Assembly (NCBI GenBank): GCA_951813565.1
Contig: OX638351.1
Coordinates: forward strand, 416,001 to 480,000
Length of the DNA: 64,000 bases
Source of the DNA: an uncultured Poribacteria bacterium
GTDB lineage: Bacteria > Poribacteria > WGA-4E > WGA-3G
Direction of reading: 5' to 3'
Shown here: positions 19,126-28,923 of the stretch, one piece after another
Layout of the letters: each line of letters begins with the position of its first letter
Numbering within the stretch: position 1 is the first letter of the stretch
Notes under the pieces: model-generated
Told to the model about the DNA's origin: nothing
What the model saw: only the letters and a program-made list of their open reading frames with translations
Databases searched by the model: none
Position numbers and translations under genes: made by a program

Positions 19126-20403
19126 TTAGAAATAGGAACCGAAGTTAAAATTAAGCCGCCAATGCCACATGTTATTTCCGTTTGCACCAACGTGATTAAC
19201 GCCCGTAATGATATTATTGTAGTCATCTTCCGTGTTCCCAACAAAGAAGTTGCCATCGGTAAGTGCTACATCACTATACAGATACAGCGCGCCTAAGATT
19301 GTCCAGCTTGCACCGACTGTCACAAGAGTACTCGGGTTATACTCCTCTACTGTCTTGAGGATAGTGCTCCACTCTACATAAGGTGTAACGCTGTCTATCC
19401 ATGAAATACCTGATGTATCTATCCCACCATAGCGGAGCGATAGAGCAGGTAACATTCCTTTTGACGCGATGGGCCATGCGAAGTCGTAAGCACCCATCGG
19501 AATTAGGTCGCCGGTGCCCCAAGGCGTTTCCTCAGCAATATTATACGCGTAATAGGAAAACTGTGAATAGAGCGTGAAGCCTGCGACGGTGTTTTTCAGG
19601 TGTGCGGAAACGGCATAGTGGTTACCGCTATCATCGTCACCTACATTTGTCGCTTTAAGTAATCCGTATTGAAGTGATACGCCAACGTCAGCGGCGTCAG
19701 CAAGGGTATAGATAGCACGGAGATTTAATTGATGTTGTTCATCATATCCGTTTTCCTCTGCCCCCCATTCAACTGTTCCTTTTTCATCGGCTTTCTCTTC
19801 CCATTTGACCACATCATAACCGTATCGTGAACTGGCAAGACTATTTCCTATCGTCTGGGGTTCGCTCATGAGGTAGTATCCGGCACTAAGCATCAATTTA
19901 TCAAAAGTGCCATCCCATCTGATACCTAAATCCGGATCGTCTGCGAGTCCAACATAAAAATGCTGGTCAAAGAACCAGCTTGTAGAAACGCCGTAAGCAG
20001 TCGGTCCGAAGGGTACCCGCACAATACCTGCTTTGAGTGTGCCGATATCACCTAAATTATATCCTAACCACGCGGTGTGTATCATGCTATAGCCGTCATA
20101 CCATCGATATTCAAGCCTACTGGTGATGTTTTGGTAGTCAAGGTCGGCATTCAGACGGAAAATCTCAAGGTCCGCATCACCGATTTTTTCCCCTCGGGGA
20201 TGTGGGTTTTCTTCATCGCCATAACTGCCGTAGACGTAGTTTACCCGCATCGCCCCGCCGATTTTTACAGGACTTTTCTTGGGTGCTTCAACCTCAGCTG
20301 CTTCTGCGGTTTCTTCGGTTGTATCAGCCATCGCGAATGAAGCAAAAATTAGCAAAAACGCGACACCGAAACCAAAGAAATATTGATACTTCCGGTTTTT
20401 CAT
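19126..20403 (-). CDS. Putative outer-membrane beta-barrel/porin upstream of the BCCT transporter
   Basis: Signal peptide; IGGAMRVNY N-terminal strand; amphipathic C-terminus RLNFNFGSYF ending in Phe. Confidence 0.75.
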   Translation of the reverse strand: MKNRKYQYFFGFGVAFLLIFASFAMADTTEETAEAAEVEAPKKSPVKIGGAMRVNYVYGSYGDEENPHPRGEKIGDADLEIFRLNADLDYQNITSRLEYRWYDGYSMIHTAWLGYNLGDIGTLKAGIVRVPFGPTAYGVSTSWFFDQHFYVGLADDPDLGIRWDGTFDKLMLSAGYYLMSEPQTIGNSLASSRYGYDVVKWEEKADEKGTVEWGAEENGYDEQHQLNLRAIYTLADAADVGVSLQYGLLKATNVGDDDSGNHYAVSAHLKNTVAGFTLYSQFSYYAYNIAEETPWGTGDLIPMGAYDFAWPIASKGMLPALSLRYGGIDTSGISWIDSVTPYVEWSTILKTVEEYNPSTLVTVGASWTILGALYLYSDVALTDGNFFVGNTEDDYNNIITGVNHVGANGNNMWHWRLNFNFGSYF

Positions 20404-20576
20404 GAAAAAGCGGATTATGAAACTTTTATGTTTATACACCAGCTTATCTCTTTAGGTAAGTAATACTCTCTCAGAAGGTTTTGCCTAAATAACGAAGCAG
20501 AAGCGGACGTTCCCTCTCAACCGCGCGCCACCACAAGCAATTTTGATATAATACCATAAACACCAAAAAGTTAAAT

Positions 20577-20612
20577 AAAAAAACTCGCCCACAAAACTTT
20601 GTGGGCGAGTTA
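20577..20612 (-). terminator. Rho-independent terminator
   Basis: AACTCGCCCACAAA-AC-TTTGTGGGCGAGTT palindrome with a T-run on the minus strand, just after the 20620 ORF. Confidence 0.85.
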
Positions 20613-20619
20613 GCAACAA

Positions 20620-22512
20620 CTATTGCATCTGTCCCATTTGAGACATCAAAACAACAGTTTGAATCAACTGCTTGAAATCTCCAAGAGTGATGAGTAGTTT
20701 AGCACCAACTCCACCATCTTGAACTTTACCCGAAAAACCGATGCTATAGTTTTCTGGAATACCCGTTAGGATAGTTGAGAACATCTGCATTTGTGCAGCT
20801 ACGTTGGGGTCTGACTCTGCTGCCAGATTCATGATACCTTTTGCCAAGGTTAAAGGAGAAATTCCAAAAAACAGGTTGTTATCGCTCCCCAACTTTTCGA
20901 GAAGCTTTTGGTAACTCACGTTTTCAGCTATGCTTTCACCTATTTTGGCTTTGCTGTCAAGCGCTGATTTTAGCAGCATTGGATCACCTGTACCGAAGAA
21001 GAGGTGTCCTTCTGAAAAAGCATAAGACCATTGCCATTCCTGGGGAATAAGATTTACAGTTTCGGGGGGCATATCAACGAAAATAGCACCGAAATTGGGA
21101 AAAACGAGTGTCTTAATTTCAATACCGTTATGCATTATTGGGTCTCCAATATAAACACCATCGTACATACTGAGCTGCGGCATATCCCCCATCGTATCTT
21201 TCATAATCTGCATTGTCTTTTGGAGATTATCCAAGAACTGGTTTTCATAATAGTCTTTTACCTTTTGCTCATCTTTCAATGAGTAGATAACGAGATAATC
21301 AGGAATAAAACTATCTTTAAAATTAGCGGAGAAACTCCACTCATCCCCCATAAATTCATAAACATCTTTCATCTGTTGGAGAAGATCCTCAAAAACTTTA
21401 GCCTGTTCTGTATTTTCTTTCAAAAAAGGCTCCATCCAAGACATGCTCATATCTGCCAATAACTGTGGGTTCCCTTGGAATGCCCCATTAATGAAAGCAA
21501 TGTTAGGTAAGTCATTAAGTAGGACTAATCCATCAGGAGTCATGTCTTTTAATTTCGCTTGAATTTGTCCATCAGTTTTGAATTGGAGGAACGTTGCAAG
21601 CTGCACATCAGTTCCTTCAACTTGCAGTGTTGCACCAATAGATTTTAACTCTTCAACAAAATCTATAAACATACCAAACATATTTTCCATCATTGGAACC
21701 GCAGCCATAGATCCAGGATCACTTTCAATAGTATCGATTGTTGATAGCAATTCTTCTTTGATTGATTCACTAAAGGGGGCAATAATAGATTCCAAGTTGA
21801 AGTGGGCTGCTAACTGATCATTACCCTCTATGATATTCGTTAGGAATGAAGTGTAATCAGGGTTCTGTGCAATGGATTCCATTGTACCTTTACTAATATC
21901 GATAACATTCTGACAAACCTCTGGCAGTTGTGAGAAGACCAGTGTGTTTTCCAAAATAGCGAAACTTCCGCTACCTTCAGGGGAACTCCAGTAGGTTACG
22001 CCATTATATTGGATAGGCGCACTTCCTTCCGCTTCAGTCTCAATTTCCTGCTTCATTGCCTCTGGGTCTGTTAGATGAACAATTGCAGATAGACTCATCG
22101 GATCTAAACTGGTAAGAAAAACAGCAAAATCTTGGTTCAAATCCAAGCCAATCACCTCTAACTCGGCTAAACTTTCAAATCCAGCGCCGAATGCCCCTGC
22201 TAAGATTTTTGCCAGAAGTTCTGGTGATTCGCCAGCTTGAGGGACCAGGTCCGACGCTACTGCGTTAATTCTGTATTCCAATTCCTGTATGCTGGGACAA
22301 TAGATTACACCTAAGGCGGTTTCAGGGATTAAGTGTAATACACTGTTCTCGGGAATATTAAGAGGTGCAACCTCAGATTTTTGGGTAGTTGTGTCACTTT
22401 GGTGACTATCAGCCTGTGCAACGTTAATTGGTTGGGTAACAAAATAAGTGCCAAATAAAATAGTTGCCAAGAGCGAGATAACGATAAGTGGAAAAGTGAA
22501 ACGTTTGTTCAT
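20620..22512 (-). CDS. Exported hypothetical protein (DUF3352-like)
   Basis: Signal/anchor MNKRFTFPLIVISLL; long acidic ORF; AAGGAG RBS; family call is tentative. Confidence 0.7.
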   Translation of the reverse strand: MNKRFTFPLIVISLLATILFGTYFVTQPINVAQADSHQSDTTTQKSEVAPLNIPENSVLHLIPETALGVIYCPSIQELEYRINAVASDLVPQAGESPELLAKILAGAFGAGFESLAELEVIGLDLNQDFAVFLTSLDPMSLSAIVHLTDPEAMKQEIETEAEGSAPIQYNGVTYWSSPEGSGSFAILENTLVFSQLPEVCQNVIDISKGTMESIAQNPDYTSFLTNIIEGNDQLAAHFNLESIIAPFSESIKEELLSTIDTIESDPGSMAAVPMMENMFGMFIDFVEELKSIGATLQVEGTDVQLATFLQFKTDGQIQAKLKDMTPDGLVLLNDLPNIAFINGAFQGNPQLLADMSMSWMEPFLKENTEQAKVFEDLLQQMKDVYEFMGDEWSFSANFKDSFIPDYLVIYSLKDEQKVKDYYENQFLDNLQKTMQIMKDTMGDMPQLSMYDGVYIGDPIMHNGIEIKTLVFPNFGAIFVDMPPETVNLIPQEWQWSYAFSEGHLFFGTGDPMLLKSALDSKAKIGESIAENVSYQKLLEKLGSDNNLFFGISPLTLAKGIMNLAAESDPNVAAQMQMFSTILTGIPENYSIGFSGKVQDGGVGAKLLITLGDFKQLIQTVVLMSQMGQMQ

Positions 22513-22570
22513 TTTCTTTTTCTCCTTAGAGCAAGATAAGCCAATAGCATATCCGCTCTGAATGAGGGTG

Positions 22571-23659
22571 TTATTTTTTATTTTCTGCAATTTTTGCTTC
22601 AAGTGTATCAATCTCAGCGTTGGAGGTTAACACGCTGATTTCGACTTCGTAGTGGCGGCGACCGCCAGGTTCAATATGTTGTAAGGTTCCGCGTTCGCGT
22701 TCTGATGCCCTACCGTCAACTCGGCAGTTCGATGGTTCTAAACCCATCACATAGGCACCTTGTCCACACATTTTCCACTGGACAAAGTTGGGAAATTGTG
22801 TTTTGTGGTATCGCACAGCGATTCCGATGCCTTGACCGTCCTTAAAATTCCGGTTGATAAGTGCAACCCGAATGTGGTTGTCAACATCAGGTTCCATTTC
22901 ATGATAGTAAACCTGTTCTTGAAAATCAACAGTGGGTGGTTCACCAAAATTATAATTTGACAAATTGTCTTTCGCGTGGTCATCCCGCGGTGTTACTTGG
23001 GAGGAGGGTGCCAAGAGTTCACTTCCATCAGCAAGTATTGGGAAACCGATATTAATATGGAAAAGATACATATGTGGACAATCCTGATATCCAAGGTTTT
23101 CAACAATATCTTCAATATGCAGCTTATTCGATCCTAATTCCGTCCAGATACGGCGGGTGCGGCATAAATGTACACCTAATGCAGAGGTTTCTGTAACTTT
23201 TCCTTGTACCCATAAGATGTAACGGTCCCCTTCCCAACGGCTATCAACCCAAACGTTCTTCGCTGGAATATGAGAAACTCTCCCGTGGAGTCCGAGCTCC
23301 TCGTCTCCATCTTTGTTGGGTGCCCCTGCTTGTGTCATGCCACATGTTGTAAGCAACCCGCCGTAGAATCCACGTAACCATCCGAGTCCTTCAGGTTCAT
23401 AATACGCAGCTGCTACATCACCGGTACCTGAACGCCAACATAGTGGGATTCCGTTATAATCTGCGTTAGATATATCCAGACCACGGTTCGGCAGAACAGT
23501 GAAATTCAAACCTGAACCGGTCCGGAATCCGATTGCATCCGTGCCCTTTTCGTTTCCATCAGTCAGTTGGTAAACCTTGGCTTCGGCTACTTGTGATATA
23601 TCCCCCAAGTGGCGAAGCAGTTGTATTCTATCATAAGCTTCTCCAAATAGATGTATCAA
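22571..23659 (-). CDS. Aldose 1-epimerase family protein (DUF4432)
   Basis: RGLDI, GGLLTTCG, GLHGR, YLFHINIGFP, YVMGLEP. Confidence 0.88.
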   Translation of the reverse strand: MIHLFGEAYDRIQLLRHLGDISQVAEAKVYQLTDGNEKGTDAIGFRTGSGLNFTVLPNRGLDISNADYNGIPLCWRSGTGDVAAAYYEPEGLGWLRGFYGGLLTTCGMTQAGAPNKDGDEELGLHGRVSHIPAKNVWVDSRWEGDRYILWVQGKVTETSALGVHLCRTRRIWTELGSNKLHIEDIVENLGYQDCPHMYLFHINIGFPILADGSELLAPSSQVTPRDDHAKDNLSNYNFGEPPTVDFQEQVYYHEMEPDVDNHIRVALINRNFKDGQGIGIAVRYHKTQFPNFVQWKMCGQGAYVMGLEPSNCRVDGRASERERGTLQHIEPGGRRHYEVEISVLTSNAEIDTLEAKIAENKK

Positions 23660-23811
23660 ATCATCATTCTCCTTAGCGTTACAGATGTGTGGATCAGATC
23701 AAGCAATTTTCAGTTGACGGAATTGTAGCATAAACGTATAGAAAACACAAGCACGGATTCTAACCTTATTGAGAAACAACGATGGAAAAAGATAGAAAAA
23801 AATAGCAAACC

Positions 23812-24978
23812 TTATACTTCTGAACGCAAAATCTCTGCTGCTTTATGTATAGTTTGCAGCTTCTGCACAGCAATTTCTATTGTATTTACAGGACGATCAG
23901 CAAATGTGCCGAAGCCACAATCTGGATTGAGATATATCTGTTCTGGATTACGATGTTTTAAAAGTGATCGGACCTTGGCTAACACGAAATCAACAGATTC
24001 TACTTCTGTGGTGCGCGGATCAACAACACCGAGTCCAATTTCCTTATCCGTAGGAAGTTCACTCAAAACATCAATGCTGCCAGCGCGTTCTGTAGCATAT
24101 TCCAACACAAACTGATTGACATTCATCTTGCTAAAATAGGGTATCAGCAGATCGTAAGAGCCTCGAAGCAGGACATCTTCCTGTTGACTCCAGTTGCCGC
24201 GGCAGACATGGAGTGCAGTTCTCATTTTTCCATCTATTCCTTCAACGACACGATTCATCAGTTGGACTGCGAAATCAAGTTCTTCCTCTGGACTGCTCTT
24301 CTCTGAAAGTGCGGCACACATAAACGTGTGCGTTTCATGCGGTCCTGTAAAGGCGACTTCGGTCAGCACAGGTTCATCAAATTGCACAAATTCACAGCCT
24401 GCCTCTTGTAAATCGTGCAATTCCTGTCGAAGTATTGCGACAACATCATCGCCCAAGGATTCTTTGTCAGGATAAAATTCATAGGAAAGTTTCTTTACCC
24501 ACATTGAACGGGTTAAAAGATAAGGACCGGGAAGTGTAACCTTGATAGGTTTTGTTGTGTGCTGTTTGAGAAAAATAAAATCGTTCAAGACAAGTGGGAA
24601 AGTACGTTTCAACTTTCCATCAACGACCGGATTTTTTAGGGCAAAGGCGGGAACGTCTAATGCGTTGAGTAATTGTTCAAATGCTGCTTTGTCTTCAACA
24701 TAGTCAAGCATTTCCGCAAGAGTCATCAATCGGATGCCATCAATACATCCAGTGATGAAGGAATAGAAATTGTCGCGACGTTGCTCACCATCACTGACGA
24801 TATTGACTCCGTTTGCTTCTTGCAATTCAAGACTTTCCAGCACTGCCTCGTCTGCTATGGTATTGAAGTCAGCATCTGTAACGCGTCCCTTCTGCTTGTT
24901 TCGCAATGCCCGTGACACTAATTTTGAACGGGGCATGCTTCCGACGACGGTCACGGGAAATTGTGGTAAATTGTTCAT
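23812..24978 (-). CDS. Cobalamin-independent methionine synthase II family protein (MetE core)
   Basis: TVVGSMPR, SDGEQRR, QFDEP, Zn ligands HVCRGN, LEY, NPDCGF. Confidence 0.9.
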   Translation of the reverse strand: MNNLPQFPVTVVGSMPRSKLVSRALRNKQKGRVTDADFNTIADEAVLESLELQEANGVNIVSDGEQRRDNFYSFITGCIDGIRLMTLAEMLDYVEDKAAFEQLLNALDVPAFALKNPVVDGKLKRTFPLVLNDFIFLKQHTTKPIKVTLPGPYLLTRSMWVKKLSYEFYPDKESLGDDVVAILRQELHDLQEAGCEFVQFDEPVLTEVAFTGPHETHTFMCAALSEKSSPEEELDFAVQLMNRVVEGIDGKMRTALHVCRGNWSQQEDVLLRGSYDLLIPYFSKMNVNQFVLEYATERAGSIDVLSELPTDKEIGLGVVDPRTTEVESVDFVLAKVRSLLKHRNPEQIYLNPDCGFGTFADRPVNTIEIAVQKLQTIHKAAEILRSEV

Positions 24979-25090
24979 GGTTAAATTCTCCTACATTCAT
25001 TTTACTTTAACATTAATGGTATGTAGACTAATATGAGTACTTTGATAGTGTTGGTGAACGTCAAAGACTCGTTTGAGTTTTCTTATCTTT

Positions 25091-25306
25091 TTATTCAACT
25101 AATTTTCTTTCCAAAACAATGATCACTTTGTTTGAAGAGGTGCTGTTAAATATCGGCAGGATTGTATCACAAAGCCTCCATCCTACTTTTCCTTCAGTAT
25201 TTAACGTAGTTTCTAAATCTGGAACATCAAAAGACTGAAATCCTAATAACCCTTTTGATTCAAGCGTAACGTCAAGTTTTACCGTTTTATATTCGTATTT
25301 CGTCAT
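25091..25306 (-). CDS. DUF4177-domain small protein
   Basis: KYEYKTV...LNTEGKVGWRL...IVLERK. Confidence 0.8.
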   Translation of the reverse strand: MTKYEYKTVKLDVTLESKGLLGFQSFDVPDLETTLNTEGKVGWRLCDTILPIFNSTSSNKVIIVLERKLVE

Positions 25307-25318
25307 TGCAATACCTCG

Positions 25319-25798
25319 TTAAGACTCTTTTACATAAGGACGTTTGTCAAGGTAATAGACAAGATGCCCTTCGTTTTCATTGAAACCAATTGAGCGATAA
25401 AATGCCTCTTCACAATTTTCAACGATGTAACCTGTGATGAAAGTCGCTCCCATTTTTTCAAGTTCAAGACATAGGCGTTCACCCAACAGAACCCCTAATC
25501 TGCTATTATCTGATTCAATTAGCGATCCGTTGTTGTATTTCAGGTTATCTCCTTGATAGCGGACGTCAATGGAAAATTCCATGATGTGTGCGGAAAGTCC
25601 GTCAAAGGTAGCGCGTGCAAGTCCGATGAGTTCAGTTTCAAGGTAGGCGGCTACGATGAGATGCGGATGTTCCAGTATCCGTGCTGCGACTTCTTTACCA
25701 AACCCTACTTCACAAATATTGTTTCGTTTATAGAAGTTGAATAACGCATCGGCAGTGATAATGGGATTAACTTGGATGTTTATGCGTTGTGGTGTCAT
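25319..25798 (-). CDS. GNAT-like hypothetical protein
   Basis: LIGLARA...IDVRYQG...FYRSIGF; start at MTPQRI because the longer ORF runs into the IS1595 end. Confidence 0.65.
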   Translation of the reverse strand: MTPQRINIQVNPIITADALFNFYKRNNICEVGFGKEVAARILEHPHLIVAAYLETELIGLARATFDGLSAHIMEFSIDVRYQGDNLKYNNGSLIESDNSRLGVLLGERLCLELEKMGATFITGYIVENCEEAFYRSIGFNENEGHLVYYLDKRPYVKES

Positions 25799-25873
25799 AG
25801 TTCCTTTATTATTTTCGCAATTAGTAGTTTTGGACTTGGATTTTTTCAGTTTTTTCAAGCGTTCCATTTTACG

Positions 25874-27151
25874 TCAGTGAACCAACATGCTTTCCTTGAT
25901 AAACTTTGAGAAGATGTCTATATTTCTATAGTTATACTTGTAGCAGGCTTCAGCAACGTAAAGCGGACTATAACAGTAGCATTTAATCTGTATATTTCTT
26001 GATATTTACAGATACAATTGTTTTCTTCTGCGTGTCTCTGACTTTACTGTATACCATCGCGATGCGTTAGTCGGTGTCCGTTCAATGTTCACCGAGGTAG
26101 GTAAAGCGTATGACGAAACAAAAAAAGGAACGCAGTAAGCAAATGATAAGCGGAAAGCATAAAAAACTTATCTGGTAGCGTGTCGTCGCAGCGCAAAATA
26201 AACCAAGCAGACGATTGCATAGAAATATAATGAGCGTGTATAAGTTGAACTTATGCACTTTGTGAGATCACACCTGAGTGTCGTCCAGACACTTTGCAAA
26301 ACGTATATAGAAGTGAAATACTTAGTATTGCACGGAAATATACAGTTTAAAAGGATCGGTGTGTATCCTGTTTCATAATGGTGATGTGAACCGAACCACG
26401 CACGTTTCAATAAAGACCAAAATCCTTCAATGGTATTTGTATGGGTATCCCCATCAGCAAACTGTTCATTGTGATTGATAACTGTGTGTTTCATTTCTTT
26501 GCCGATAAGTTTGTAAGCTTGATATTCGTCTGTTATCAGTTCAGATTCCTTTAGGTTTGCGACACTGCGAATAAACTTGAGTATACTGCGTCCTGTCAGT
26601 TGTTGTGCGACTTGTGCGACAACCTTACCGCCTCTTTGGACTGCACCGATAATCGCAGTTTTCTCTGTGCCACGACCGCGTTTACTCGGTTCGTCATCCT
26701 CACGCTTGTTCGGTTTGCGGGGTTTACCGCCAATGTAGGTCTCATCTGCTTCTATGATACCTTCAAGCAGTGCGCCCCCTTTCTTTGCCATCTCCGCGCG
26801 AATACGAGCCATTATGAACCATGCTGTCTTTTGGTTCAAATCTAAGTCGCGCGCTAGTTGACAGCTGGACAAACTCTTTTTCGCATTCGCAATCAGCGAG
26901 ATCGCCAAAAACCATTTCTGTAATGCGACTTTTGTGCCGTGAAATACCGTCTCGCAAGTGACCTTGAAAGTGGCGTGGCAATCGTGGCAATTCCAGCGTC
27001 CGATGCGTCCTTCCTTCGTTTCTGTTCGCTTACCCACATGACTGCTTTCACAGTGGGGACATTCCGGTTTACCTTTCCAGCGGATCTTCTCTAAATGTGC
27101 GATACAACTCTCTTGATCTGGGAATCGTTCCATAACCTTGATTAGGTCCAT
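25874..27151 (-). pseudogene. IS1595 transposase split by a 390-bp insertion
   Basis: Zn ribbon CPHC...CHDC, EADETYIGG, ITDEY, HTNTIEGFWSLLKR; the natural C-terminus PLYVAEACYKYNYR... resumes at 25966-25874. Confidence 0.9.
25967..26356 (+). mobile_element. 390-bp non-autonomous insertion, possibly IS607-derived
   Basis: Flanked by CGG on both sides; subterminal 17-bp IR (25982-25998 / 26335-26351, 1 mismatch); no transposase. Confidence 0.75.
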
Positions 27152-27542
27152 CAGAATACTCCTCTGAATAGGAGTTGCTTTTTCTGACGGATATCTGATA
27201 CAATATCAGATAAGGTTGAACCGTCAAAAAGCAACTCGCTTTTTTAGGTTTAATTAGGGGGTGACAACCCCTAACTTCTTATCTATATTATACCATATAA
27301 ACCCAGTATACACAAGGGTTTATTAGACTTTTTCCAAAAAATTATCAAGTCCAAAACTACTAATTGCGTAAAAATAATACCATATTGCATATATATCGGC
27401 AAGAAATTTTATTATTCAATAGGAATGGTAGTTTTCTGTTGATGATCGATTGAATAGGATGTAATGTGATACCATTTTTTTCTTGTGGATTCAGGTGAAA
27501 TATGCTACACTTAACCCAAAGTTAAAGCAAGAGGTAAATCTA

Positions 27543-28856
27543 ATGGTTCAACCCAAAGCCCCACGCGCTTTTCATGTGATGACGAAGCCGATCGGACCGA
27601 TTTGCAATTTAGATTGCGAATACTGCTTTTATCTGGATAAAGAGAAACTCTACCCCGAAACTCGCTCTTTCCGGATGAACGACGAGACTTTGGAGAATTA
27701 CGTCAAGCAATATATTGAGGCACAACAAGTTAACGAAGTTACGTTCGCGTGGCAAGGCGGCGAACCAACGTTAATGGGCGTGGATTTTTTTCGACAGGCA
27801 GTCCGATATCAACAGAAATATAGACGCACCGGCATGACGATACAAAATACGTTTCAAACGAATGCCACGCTACTGGATGATGAATGGGGTCAATTTTTCA
27901 AGCAGAACAAGTTTCTAATCGGAGTAAGTATTGACGGACCACCTGAGATTCACGATAAGTATCGTTATGATAAACGCGGTCGCCCTTCATCAGAACAGGT
28001 AATTCGGGGGTTGCGGATTTTACAGAAGCATAACGTTGACTATAATATACTTTGCGTTGTGAACAGCCATAATGCCGAATATCCGAAGGAGGTCTACAAC
28101 TATTTCAAAGGGCTTAGGGCGGAGTTCATGCAGTTTATTCCAGCGGTTGAACATTTTGATGGCAAAAATGTGTCTCCGCGCTCGGTCACGGCAAAGCAGT
28201 ATGGTAAATTCCTGTCTGCCATTTTTGATGAGTGGGTGGTGAATGACATCGGCAAAATTTTTGTCCAGATTTTCGATGTGGCGTTAGAAGCATGGTTAGG
28301 TTATAACCCAAGTTTGTGTGTTTTCAATGAGACTTGTGGTGATGCGATGGCAATTGAACATAATGGCGATCTGTATTCTTGTGATCATTACGTCACACCT
28401 GACTACTATATCGGCAACATAGAAGAGACCCCAATAGCGGATATGGTTGATGCACCTTTTCAACGCAAATTTGGCACAGATAAACGGGATACACTACCGG
28501 AGTACTGCCGTAATTGCGATGTGAAGTTCGTCTGCAATGGTGGCTGTCCAAAAAATCGAATTATCAAAACCCCGGATGGAGAGGACGGTTTGAACTATCT
28601 CTGTGCTGGTTATAAGCATTTCTTCACTCACATTGACGAACCGATGAAACTGATGGCTTCGGCGCTCCAAGCGGGAAAACCCGCAAATAGTATTATCCCG
28701 ATGATGCGGGAACAACGGCAAACAAAGAGTAAAGGCAATAATTTGAGAACTCAGACCACTTCTTCTACGTCATCACAGAAGATTGGACGTAACTCGCCTT
28801 GCCCGTGTGGTAGTGGACGGAAATATAAGCAGTGTTGTTTGGGGAAGAATGTATGA
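27543..28856 (+). CDS. Anaerobic sulfatase maturase (radical SAM/SPASM, anSME) with a C-terminal SEC-C motif
   Basis: CNLDCEYC, WQGGEPTL, SPASM C..C.....CNGGCP, GRNSPCPCGSGRKYKQCC. Confidence 0.95.
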   Translation: MVQPKAPRAFHVMTKPIGPICNLDCEYCFYLDKEKLYPETRSFRMNDETLENYVKQYIEAQQVNEVTFAWQGGEPTLMGVDFFRQAVRYQQKYRRTGMTIQNTFQTNATLLDDEWGQFFKQNKFLIGVSIDGPPEIHDKYRYDKRGRPSSEQVIRGLRILQKHNVDYNILCVVNSHNAEYPKEVYNYFKGLRAEFMQFIPAVEHFDGKNVSPRSVTAKQYGKFLSAIFDEWVVNDIGKIFVQIFDVALEAWLGYNPSLCVFNETCGDAMAIEHNGDLYSCDHYVTPDYYIGNIEETPIADMVDAPFQRKFGTDKRDTLPEYCRNCDVKFVCNGGCPKNRIIKTPDGEDGLNYLCAGYKHFFTHIDEPMKLMASALQAGKPANSIIPMMREQRQTKSKGNNLRTQTTSSTSSQKIGRNSPCPCGSGRKYKQCCLGKNV

Positions 28857-28923
28857 ACTACAAGATAAATGTCTTATAAATGAAGTCTGTTTCTGATTTT
28901 GCGAAAGACATAGAAGGAGATAT

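Larger units (their letters stand above)
25816..27368 (-). mobile_element. IS1595-family insertion sequence (interrupted)
   Basis: 23-bp TIR CGCAATTAGTAGTTTTGGACTTG (25816-25838) / CAAGTCCAAAACTACTAATTGCG (27346-27368). Confidence 0.9.

Noticed and set aside
20440..20560. Riboswitch upstream of the porin/BCCT genes (GGCAAAACC resembles part of c-di-GMP-I)
   Set aside because: The second stem and other consensus elements could not be found by eye; an Rfam cmscan would decide
24979..25090. Cobalamin or SAM riboswitch before the MetE-like gene (also checked before the corrinoid gene)
   Set aside because: No B12-box or SAM-I consensus visible and the leaders are short
26168..26356. Hydrophobic C-terminal extension of the IS1595 transposase as a real domain
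   Set aside because: It is read-through into the 390-bp insert; the true C-terminus is at 25966-25874
28780..28856. SEC-C motif on the sulfatase maturase as a novelty
   Set aside because: SEC-C tails on anSME proteins are a familiar architecture
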